From Polyangiaceae bacterium (GTDB lineage Bacteria > Myxococcota_A > Polyangia > Polyangiales > Polyangiaceae): 64,000 nucleotides of DNA. The notes below the pieces were generated by a model. It saw only the letters and a program-made list of their open reading frames with translations, was not told where the DNA came from and did no database searches. The translations under genes were made by a program, and so were the position numbers. How positions within the stretch are numbered: the first letter of the stretch is position 1; each line of letters begins with the position of its first letter. Positions 1 through 7,824 of the stretch are shown here, in pieces. The stretch lies in assembly GCA_033763455.1 (NCBI GenBank), contig JANRKO010000006.1, forward strand, positions 352,001 to 416,000, in the 5' to 3' direction.

Positions 1-1092
1 GCAGTCTCCGTAGCTGACATCGAAGCTAAAGCCCGAAGCCGGCGGCGCCACGCCTCCAGCTCCGCCCGACGCGCTTCCGGCTCCGCCACCGAAGCCACCC
101 TGGAAGTATTGAGAGCACGAGCAGGTGGACGTACCGCTGAAGCCGTTCGGATAGCAGCTCAGGTAGAAGGTAGAGTTGCTACAGCTCAGGGTGGCGTCAC
201 AATATCCGGGAGAGTTCACGTTCACGCTACCAACGCAGCCCACGGGGGGTACGGGTACGGGATAGGGTGGAGGCATCGGCACACCGTACTGACAGCTGTA
301 GGCGTTCGAATCCCAGTACGAGCAGCGATTTTCTGTATCGTTATAGTCGCAGCGCTCCTGAAGTACGGAGGTGCGGCATTGCTTGCCTGCTTGTACGTAC
401 TGCTGGCACACGGGGGAATAGGAATTCACCTCTGAATAGCAGCCATTGACGCAGTCAAAGTAGCGACCATCTTGCGGTACCCCAGAACACTTCAAGGCGA
501 TGCTACAATAGTTCTCACACGCGCCCATCAGAGGTGGTGGAGGTGGTGGCGGCGGCGGCGGCGACGCGCAGCGCTCAGCATCGGACATGAGTTGCCCGCA
601 CTTGGCCTGTGCGTCCCCAAAGCTGCAACTGGTACTCGCAAGCACACTTTGGTAACAGTCGAGAGCCTGGATGCGAGAGTTGTAGCAGTCACTGTTCATC
701 GCCCCTTGATTTAAGTAGCTGTTGCAGTTCCCCGCACAAGTTGGGTCGCCTTGGCCGCACGACGAAAGCTGCCCGCAAAAGCGCTCACACGCCGTAATTG
801 GAGGCGGTGGAGGTGGTGGTGGAGGCGGTGGCGGTGGTGGAGGTGGTGGGAATATCGGCCCGACCCCGCCAGTGGGAGCAACGGGCGCTCCGCCAGCTGG
901 CGCACCACCGGACTTGGTGGGGCCTCCACCGGACGCTTTGCCACCAGTGCCGCCGGTGCCGCCAATCCCACCCGAAGACGGGTACGGGTAGGTGCCGTTG
1001 AAACCAACCAGGTCCCCACCGTCGCGCCCACCACATGCCACCAACCAACATGCCATACCCGCCAGAAGCGGCGCCTTAAGTCCAACTCGCAT
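1..1092 (-). CDS. Cys-rich, poly-Pro lipoprotein (3' end runs off the window start; not in the ORF track)
   Basis: Manual translation from ATG at 1092: MRVGLKAPLLAGMACWLVAC (lipobox LVAC), Gly-rich linker, ~17 Pro, two 10-Cys modules separated by poly-Pro; no stop codon before position 1. Confidence 0.85.
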   Translation of the reverse strand, partial: MRVGLKAPLLAGMACWLVACGGRDGGDLVGFNGTYPYPSSGGIGGTGGTGGKASGGGPTKSGGAPAGGAPVAPTGGVGPIFPPPPPPPPPPPPPPPPPITACERFCGQLSSCGQGDPTCAGNCNSYLNQGAMNSDCYNSRIQALDCYQSVLASTSCSFGDAQAKCGQLMSDAERCASPPPPPPPPPPLMGACENYCSIALKCSGVPQDGRYFDCVNGCYSEVNSYSPVCQQYVQAGKQCRTSVLQERCDYNDTENRCSYWDSNAYSCQYGVPMPPPYPVPVPPVGCVGSVNVNSPGYCDATLSCSNSTFYLSCYPNGFSGTSTCSCSQYFQGGFGGGAGSASGGAGGVAPPASGFSFDVSYGDC

Positions 1093-1310
1093 GAGCGAAG
1101 CCTAGCCTTCAAACCACCGCAGGTCCACCGCGCAAGGTGGGCCGATGCGGCACCGAATAGCTATTTTCTTCGAGGGTTGGCCCTATTTCTCACATCAAGA
1201 GGGCTGCTATAACTGAACGCAAAGCCCCCTGACACAAATTCGTTACACCCTCACCTTGACAGCAAACGCAGCGCTCCCTAGCTGCTATGTCGTCCTTTTG
1301 GGATTCTTGC

Positions 1311-1973
1311 ATGCCAACGACACCACCGCCCAGCCAGCACCCCATGGAACTTCAGCAAGAGGGGCTGACGGACGCCGAGCACCACAAGAAAATGGTTGAG
1401 CTTAAGAGTGCACAGGACGCACTCGTGAAGAGCAAGGAAATCGAGCGAGGGATCCTGCTGGTGAACACGGGGGATGGAAAGGGCAAATCCACAGCGGCCT
1501 TCGGCTTGGCGCTGCGTGCGGCTGGTGCTGGCCTGCGCGTGGGTGTGATTCAGTTTATCAAAGGAACTTGGAAAACGGGTGAAGCGGAAGCGTTCAAACG
1601 CTTCCCGGAGATCGAGCACGTGGTATCCGGCGAGGGCTTCACTTGGAACACGCAGGACCGCCAAAAGGATGTGGCTGCGGTTCGGCGGGGGTGGGAGCGA
1701 GCTAAAGAGATGATCGAAGCCAGCCGCGGTGATGAGCCAGCGTTCCATTTGTTGGTGCTAGATGAGCTTAATATCGCACTAGCCTTCAACTACATCGGGT
1801 TAGATGAAGTGTTGCCTGTGCTTAAGAATAAGCCAAAAATGCTGAACATTGCCGTTACTGGTCGCGATGCCAAGCCGGAATTGATTGCCCTGGCCGACAC
1901 GGTAACGGAGATGAAGTCCATTAAGCACGCGTTTGATGCTGGCATTGTGGCCCAGCGAGGCATCGAGTACTGA
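1311..1973 (+). CDS. cobO: cob(I)alamin adenosyltransferase (CobO/BtuR/CobA)
   Basis: VNTGDGKGKSTAAFGLALRA, IQFIKG, VLDELNIAL, TGR, ADTVTEM..KHAFDAG...GIEY motifs; start could be 1287, 1311 or 1344. Confidence 0.95.
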   Translation: MPTTPPPSQHPMELQQEGLTDAEHHKKMVELKSAQDALVKSKEIERGILLVNTGDGKGKSTAAFGLALRAAGAGLRVGVIQFIKGTWKTGEAEAFKRFPEIEHVVSGEGFTWNTQDRQKDVAAVRRGWERAKEMIEASRGDEPAFHLLVLDELNIALAFNYIGLDEVLPVLKNKPKMLNIAVTGRDAKPELIALADTVTEMKSIKHAFDAGIVAQRGIEY

Positions 1974-2037
1974 GGGCGCATCCAAGAGTGAGCGATGCAC
2001 GAGCGTGCTCTGGCGGCGGGCAGCGCGTTTGTACGGC

Positions 2038-2487
2038 TTAACCGTTAGGGAGTTTTGAGAAAAACTCGAACGCTACCTTTTCGAATTCTGGCGCTACCCG
2101 CTTAACCAACGCTTGGCCTCGCGCAGTAACTATAATTCGCCAGGCGCGTGCGTCACCGAGCGTAGGCCCGCGATCGAGCAAGCCTCGTAGTGAGAGGGCT
2201 GTTGCAATACGCGAGGTAGTTGCTTGATCGAGCCCGGCGTGTTCGGCAACAGCCCGCTGTTGGACAGCATCTTCTTTGGCCTCGGTGAGGCTCAATGTGG
2301 AAGCCAACACCAGGTATTGGGTGTGCGTTAGCTCAAAGGGCTTGAGCGTCGAATCAGCCATCCGTTGCCAACGCATCGCGTCGCGCCAGAGGCTGAAGCC
2401 ACGTTGGATGTTTTCTGGCTCTGGGGTCACCACTTCGAAATCACCGTTTGGATTGGGGACGACGGGACACACGCGGGCCTGAGGCAC
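2038..2487 (-). CDS. MarR-family transcriptional regulator
   Basis: LKPFELTHTQYLVL, winged helix (LDQATTSRIATALSLRGLL), DARAWRIIVTARG; start uncertain. Confidence 0.88.
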   Translation of the reverse strand: MPQARVCPVVPNPNGDFEVVTPEPENIQRGFSLWRDAMRWQRMADSTLKPFELTHTQYLVLASTLSLTEAKEDAVQQRAVAEHAGLDQATTSRIATALSLRGLLDRGPTLGDARAWRIIVTARGQALVKRVAPEFEKVAFEFFSKLPNG

Positions 2488-2676
2488 TTAGCATGACAAG
2501 CATCAGGAGTGCGAGGCGAAGGGGGTGGAGCGGCGTGCGAGGTACTTAGCATGACAAGCATCAGAAGTGCGGGGCGAAGGGGGTTCCCAGGGCTTGAGGT
2601 ACTTAGCATGACAAGCATCAGGAGTGCGGGGCGAAGGGGGTTCCCAGCCGGCTTGAGGTACTTAGCATGACAAGCA
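2481..2676. repeat. Tandem 57-59 bp repeat (4 cores ACTTAGCATGACAAGCA)
   Basis: Cores start at 2486, 2544, 2601, 2660; intervening sequences are near-identical. Confidence 0.95.
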
Positions 2677-2867
2677 CTGGCAGCGGGTCGAAAGAAGGCC
2701 GCAACCGTCCGGCTACACCAACGGGACGCCAACAGGCCAAGCGTGTGCGAGGTTCTCCGGGCGTGGCGCGTTGCACGCCCGATCGGGTGTCAGCGGATTC
2801 GTGGAGACAGCCAGGATGAAACAACGCCCAAGGCCCGGCCTAGGAGCCAATAAGTGCGCTGCAGTGC

Positions 2868-4334
2868 TTACTGCTGGGTGGCGATGGGCTTGGGGCCCAC
2901 CCAACGTTCCTGACGGCTGTAGGGGACCTCGTGGGCTTCGTCTTTGCTCACGGTTGATTTATCGAGCTGAATGTTCTTGGTCATGGTGATCATGAACACG
3001 GTGGAGCTGCCTTGGCCGCCTATCATTACGGACCAGCCGAGGAACATCATCCACATGCGGAACCAGCGTTGCCCGTATTTGGCCACGATGGCAGCTTCGT
3101 TCTTCTTCCAGTTTTCGTACCACTTGTGAATGGTAATCGAATAATGCACACCGCAGTTCTCGACTCGGTGAACCTCGAAACCGGCGCGCTCTGCCTGCGA
3201 AACCACGAAGCCGAGCGGACAACTCGCATCGGCACCGGGGAAGATGTACTTCGCCATGAAGAGGCCCCACACGAGGTCCTCATAGTGCCAAGGGCGGCGG
3301 AGCCCTGCGATCTGTAGATAGAAGATGCCGTCGTCTTCCAACATGCTTCGTACTTGGAGGAGGAACTGCTGAAAGTTCTTGATGCCAACGTGCTCGGCCA
3401 TTTCCAAGCAGGTGATCTTGTCGAACTTGGTAGCCGGTAGGTTGCGGTAGTCATCCACGATGACGCGCACGCGATCGGCCACGCCTGCTTTCCTGGCTCG
3501 TTCGTTGGCCCAATCGGCTTGCTCCTGTGCCAGGGTGATCCCGGTGCTGATCGAGCCGTGGTTCTTGGCTGCGTGAGTGATGAGTGGACCCCAGCCGCAG
3601 CCGATGTCCAAATGTCGATCACCCGGCTTCATCTGCACGTAGCGGCATACGGTTTCAAGCTTACGCTCTTGGGCTGTTTCCAGGGATTCGTTCGGATCCT
3701 GGAAGATACCGCTTGTGTACGTCATCGATTCGCCAAGGAACCAATTGTAGAAGTCATTGCCGCGATTGTAGACGTGCGCGATATCACTCTCGTCGCTCTT
3801 TACCGTGTGCGTCACATTCTGACCGAGGAACTCTCGAAAGTAGAATTTGACATCACCCCAGGTAAACGCGAAGCGAAACAGGCGGTTACGGCGCAGGAGC
3901 ACCTCATATACGTCCTGTTTGAAGTCTAGCTTTTCGGCCATGTACGCTTCGTAGAGGATCTCCATCGGGATCCGTTTTGATTGCCAGCGGGCAGCGTCAG
4001 CCGGATCACGCCAGGCAATGTACTTGCTGCAATCTTCAGCGGGCGCGCTGCTCTGGGAGTAGGAGCGATAAACAAGCCAGCCAAGAGGCAGCACGATTCC
4101 GAAAAGGGGGACAGCAACCCAAGCTAACGCTGCAGCCACCCAGCTACCGGTAAGCAGCCAAGCCAAACCCGCCACGGCCGTTGGGACCGCTAGGAGGACC
4201 AGGATATTTTGCTCAAGCAGCCAGAAGATGAAGGGCATGCCGTGCGTGCGCCCCTGTTCTCGGTGCTCAGAAGCCTTCTGGTGCGTGGGTCGTTCGGTCG
4301 CGTGCGGAGAGTTCAGTGCTGCAGAATCTGTCAT
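2868..4334 (-). CDS. CMAS-family SAM-dependent lipid methyltransferase, sphingolipid C9-methyltransferase-like, with N-terminal TM helices
   Basis: YNRGNDFYNWFLG, MTYTSG, LDIGCGWG, KITCLEMAEHVG, YEDLVWGLFMAKYIFPGADAS; two hydrophobic segments near the N-terminus; start uncertain (4334 or 4238). Confidence 0.88.
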   Translation of the reverse strand: MTDSAALNSPHATERPTHQKASEHREQGRTHGMPFIFWLLEQNILVLLAVPTAVAGLAWLLTGSWVAAALAWVAVPLFGIVLPLGWLVYRSYSQSSAPAEDCSKYIAWRDPADAARWQSKRIPMEILYEAYMAEKLDFKQDVYEVLLRRNRLFRFAFTWGDVKFYFREFLGQNVTHTVKSDESDIAHVYNRGNDFYNWFLGESMTYTSGIFQDPNESLETAQERKLETVCRYVQMKPGDRHLDIGCGWGPLITHAAKNHGSISTGITLAQEQADWANERARKAGVADRVRVIVDDYRNLPATKFDKITCLEMAEHVGIKNFQQFLLQVRSMLEDDGIFYLQIAGLRRPWHYEDLVWGLFMAKYIFPGADASCPLGFVVSQAERAGFEVHRVENCGVHYSITIHKWYENWKKNEAAIVAKYGQRWFRMWMMFLGWSVMIGGQGSSTVFMITMTKNIQLDKSTVSKDEAHEVPYSRQERWVGPKPIATQQ

Positions 4335-4463
4335 TTTTAGGCCTGGGGCGGCAGCGCAAGAGTGCGCCAAAACAATCCGCTCGGGGGCCCTTAGACGCCA
4401 AATCGTGCCAAAAGTCCACTCCATCCAGAAATCCCGGGGGAGCCGAGGCGGCCTAGCAAAGCC

Positions 4464-5384
4464 TTAGGTCGAATGATTCAGAACAAAATCGACCACGTGG
4501 GCATCGGGCACAAAGCCCAGCTCGTACGTCGGCACGCACTCCACCACCCGTTCCAACGTCTCCAGACACTCGCCCATCAAGGCCTTATCGTAGAAGGGGA
4601 CAAAACTCGTCGAGAGCAAGCGTGCAACGGCCAGAGAGCTCTCCATGCGGAAGGCCTGGTTCGTGTGGGTTTGTCGCAAGAAATAAAGCGCCGTAACGGG
4701 CACGCTCCCAGCTTCGCTGAAGGCGCCCTCCCCGTGCCAGGGGGTTCCGTGCATGATTACCTTGCCTTCGGAGAGGCGGAGCACGATGCGGTCGTCGCTC
4801 AAAATGCGCACATTCTTCGCGTTTTGCCAGATGCGGGACATGGTCGTCTTTCCGCCACCTGATTGGGCCGTGAATATGTAGCCGCGCCCATCTTCCGTGA
4901 TTAGGCCAGACGCGTGCAGCTCGATCCCTTGGCGGGAGCAAAGTAGATGTTCCAAGAGGAGCTCTCCAAGTGGGTATTCGAGGCCTGCAATCCGCTCCTT
5001 GTGCGGGAAGCGCCGCTCATCAAGCAGCACCTCGCCATACGTGAACGTGCGATCCACCCGAGCCACCTGGTAAGGCGCATGGCCGAAGGCCGGCGTATGG
5101 CAGGCGAACATCAAGCCCCCGGAAGCCTCCTTAAACAGCTTCCAGCTACCACCAGAATCGAAAAGCGGCACTTCTGAGGGCGGCTTTGGCATCTCAGAAA
5201 CGCGCCGCACCTCCAGCTGCAGATCTGCAGGACTTTGAGTTTGAAACGCCGAGAAGGCTCCGGGCATAACGATTTCGGCATGCTCGCCGTGTACAAAGCC
5301 AAGCGTAATACCGCCAATACGCAGGCCCACCGACGAATGAAGCCCGCTGTCCGTGTCGCCTGGTGTGCGCTCCCACCCGTCCAT
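4464..5384 (-). CDS. HPr-kinase-like P-loop protein of RiPP/PqqD cassettes
   Basis: LHASG..., Walker A-like SGGGKTT, ILSDDR, HGTPWHGE; GAGGGGAG RBS; directly downstream of the precursor peptide. Confidence 0.75.
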   Translation of the reverse strand: MDGWERTPGDTDSGLHSSVGLRIGGITLGFVHGEHAEIVMPGAFSAFQTQSPADLQLEVRRVSEMPKPPSEVPLFDSGGSWKLFKEASGGLMFACHTPAFGHAPYQVARVDRTFTYGEVLLDERRFPHKERIAGLEYPLGELLLEHLLCSRQGIELHASGLITEDGRGYIFTAQSGGGKTTMSRIWQNAKNVRILSDDRIVLRLSEGKVIMHGTPWHGEGAFSEAGSVPVTALYFLRQTHTNQAFRMESSLAVARLLSTSFVPFYDKALMGECLETLERVVECVPTYELGFVPDAHVVDFVLNHST

Positions 5385-5394
5385 CAGCTCCCCC

Positions 5395-5580
5395 TCAGCT
5401 CCCGAGTGACATGCAGCTACCAGTCGTGCAGTCGTCAGCGGCGGGCCCGCTGATGCCGACCATCTTACATGCTCCTAGCACGGCCTCCTCGGGCCGGAGC
5501 GGCACGGCGGTGACCTGAGGCGAAACGTAGCGCCGCTTGGGGCTCAGCTTTGCAGGCGTTGGGTTGCTTTCGTCGGTCAC
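5395..5580 (-). CDS. Putative RiPP precursor peptide (61 aa)
   Basis: GGAGG RBS before GTG at 5580; leader KRRYVSPQVTAVPLRPEEAVLGA; core CKMVGISGPAADDCTTGSCMSLGS; lies between the radical SAM and kinase-like genes. Confidence 0.85.
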   Translation of the reverse strand: MTDESNPTPAKLSPKRRYVSPQVTAVPLRPEEAVLGACKMVGISGPAADDCTTGSCMSLGS

Positions 5581-5616
5581 GGAACCCTCCAAAGGTACGT
5601 AAGCTCTGCCGCAAAC

Positions 5617-6849
5617 TCAAGTTCGCTGTACGACTGGCAGTGGCCGAGGGGCGCGAGGTTGGGTAACTGGCGTACAGGCCGCAAGCTTCAGAGGCTGCGC
5701 CCCGCCGAGCTTCTCCACTTTTGCGAGTAGATTTTCGTGCTCGGCTCCGCCCGGACAATACTCACATGGACCATGGGCACGGACGGGGTGCCCGATGGCA
5801 TGGGCGCGCAGGTGCGCAACTTCACACAGAAAAGCGACTGGCTCTTCCGCATCGCCGGATTCAAGCTCGCCGTTTGCTGGGCACATCCCACAGATATTCT
5901 TAAGGCCACATTTCGTGCACTTGGTCTCACGTGTGTGCTTGCGTTCACGTTTAGCGCGCAGGAAGGAAGTCCAGCCTTCTTTGAATTTCCCCGACTCCAG
6001 AAGCAGAGTCTCTTTGGTGGAGAGGACACACATCTCCAGGTTTCCGTAGGGATCTACCGCGAACGATCGCACGCCCGCCCCACAATGATACAACTTCTCC
6101 GGATCCTCGGTCTCGGCCGTGCTTCGGGCAAAATAGTCCCTCCAGGCTGCCACTCGAGCCGAGTCTGCCAGATCCATCTCCACCACTTGCTCTGGTTGGA
6201 TCCTCACGGCAAGGGGGCTTGAAGAACAATCGATGCGCGGGTTGATTAACGCATCGAACTTAAAAGGCACTCCCAGCTCCTCGGCCCACTTCCGCATGAG
6301 CTGAATTTCATGGCGATTGCGGGTAACAGCGACCGTCTTCAACTTGAGCGGCAACTTGCGTTCCAAGAGCAGATGAACGGCCTTCACACACCGCGCATGG
6401 GAGCCGGGCTTTCGCGTTAACGCCTCGTAAGACTCTCTGGTGTAGCCATACAGCGTGATCTCGATCGAAAAAGGGCGATACTCTGCGAGCACATCGGCAA
6501 TCTCTTCGTCAATCAGGATCCCGTTCGTAAACAGTGTGATGAGGAAGCCTTTGCCCTTGGCGTAGCGGTAGATATCGAGGAAATCTTTGCGTGCAAAGAT
6601 CTCTCCGCCTGTGAACAAGAGCCAGAGGGTTCCAGCGTCGGCGATTTCATCCAAGAGGCCAAAATACTGTTCGGTGGTCAGCTCGGTGTTCTTGGCCTGC
6701 TGGTCTCCCATCGGGAGATTGTTGTAACAGTGCTCGCAAGTGAGTGGACAACGCCGTGTCACCTCAATCGTGGCACTCAACGGAACGTGGGCCTGAGCGG
6801 CCGTGGTGATCGCTCCCTGGCTAAACGTCCCGTAGCTCGAAGTCTTCAT
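5617..6849 (-). CDS. Radical SAM/SPASM peptide maturase
   Basis: CPLTCEHC (CxxxCxxC), FTGGE, TNG; SPASM cysteines CGAG...DPYGNLEMC...CTKC..KNICGMC...C; start overlaps the PqqD stop (ATGA). Confidence 0.95.
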   Translation of the reverse strand: MKTSSYGTFSQGAITTAAQAHVPLSATIEVTRRCPLTCEHCYNNLPMGDQQAKNTELTTEQYFGLLDEIADAGTLWLLFTGGEIFARKDFLDIYRYAKGKGFLITLFTNGILIDEEIADVLAEYRPFSIEITLYGYTRESYEALTRKPGSHARCVKAVHLLLERKLPLKLKTVAVTRNRHEIQLMRKWAEELGVPFKFDALINPRIDCSSSPLAVRIQPEQVVEMDLADSARVAAWRDYFARSTAETEDPEKLYHCGAGVRSFAVDPYGNLEMCVLSTKETLLLESGKFKEGWTSFLRAKRERKHTRETKCTKCGLKNICGMCPANGELESGDAEEPVAFLCEVAHLRAHAIGHPVRAHGPCEYCPGGAEHENLLAKVEKLGGAQPLKLAACTPVTQPRAPRPLPVVQRT

Positions 6850-7169
6850 GGGCTTTCGTTGGCCACGGCCTGCACTAGCCCCACATCCGATAGTGTTGCG
6901 ATGAAGGTTGTCACATCAGTGCGGGCCTGTTCCGGGGAGAGCTCGTATTCGTCAAGTAGGGCTTGCACGAGGCTCTCCTCGGTTGCGCTTTGGGCTAACT
7001 TCGACCACAGCACGGACGCCGACTCGTTCAAGACGAATACGGAGGCGAGGTCTGCGATGTCACCCCGCACGGGCACGATGACGCTTTCCTCGCCCAATTT
7101 CCGAGTGACGGATTCCCCTCGCTGACTAAAAATACGGCTCCTCACAGCACATAAGAGTAGCTCACGCAC
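6846..7169 (-). CDS. PqqD family / RiPP recognition element (RRE)
   Basis: RKLGEESVIVPV...VFVLNESASVLWSKL...LVQALLDEYELSPEQARTDVTTFIATLSDVGLV, typical of PqqD. Confidence 0.92.
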   Translation of the reverse strand: MRELLLCAVRSRIFSQRGESVTRKLGEESVIVPVRGDIADLASVFVLNESASVLWSKLAQSATEESLVQALLDEYELSPEQARTDVTTFIATLSDVGLVQAVANESP

Positions 7170-7383
7170 GGGCAGCTACCAACCTGGAACCCACCATTGA
7201 GCTCATTACTATTCGCTACCGATCATCCTGGAAACTCCGTTCAGGCTGGGTATCGTGGTTGCCTCGCCCAGTTTCCGGTCATTTCTCGTCGCGCTAGTGG
7301 GAGCTCGACGCCTTTTGGGCCGCGTAGCATCGGGTGCCGTTCGCCGGTTCGGCCCGAAGAGTGCCACAAAATCGCCAGATTCC

Positions 7384-7824
7384 ATGGCTCTGCGCCCTTC
7401 CTTCGTCGAGGAGCTGCTGGGTAAGGGGATGCGTGTTCGGCTGCCGGCGATGGGTGGCAGCATGTTGCCGCTGATCGCTCCGGGCAGCGTCCTCACCATT
7501 GCCCCACTTAACGAAGCTCGTCCCAAAGAGGGAACCGTAGTGCTCTACCGCGACGGGCGTCGCATGTTTGCCCACCGGCTGCTAGCTCGTACCAGAGCGA
7601 GCATGCCTCCTGGAAGCAACTACGCATTCCGCGGAGACAACCTGGCTACCTACGACAGACCCAGCCCGGAGCATCGCATTCTGGGCATTGTCGAACTCGT
7701 GGAACCCCCGACCATCAGCTACCGCAGAGGACCTGGTGTGAGGCGAGCACTGCGCCAAGCAGCGCGCTTCTTCGCCAACCGGGATGCGAGCCGCCAAAGC
7801 GGCCGCAGCGGCCTGCACAAGTAA
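7384..7824 (+). CDS. S24/S26-family serine peptidase (candidate leader peptidase)
   Basis: GGSMLPLI catalytic Ser box, AHRLL, RGDN motifs; divergent from PqqD. Confidence 0.8.
   Translation: MALRPSFVEELLGKGMRVRLPAMGGSMLPLIAPGSVLTIAPLNEARPKEGTVVLYRDGRRMFAHRLLARTRASMPPGSNYAFRGDNLATYDRPSPEHRILGIVELVEPPTISYRRGPGVRRALRQAARFFANRDASRQSGRSGLHK

Noticed and set aside
722..1212. Gly-rich and Arg/Trp-rich ORFs on the + strand
   Set aside because: Shadow frames of the poly-Pro tract of the minus-strand lipoprotein
2481..2676. Possible mini CRISPR array (4 repeats at ~58-bp period)
   Set aside because: The spacers are near-identical to one another and there are no cas genes in the window; it is a tandem repeat
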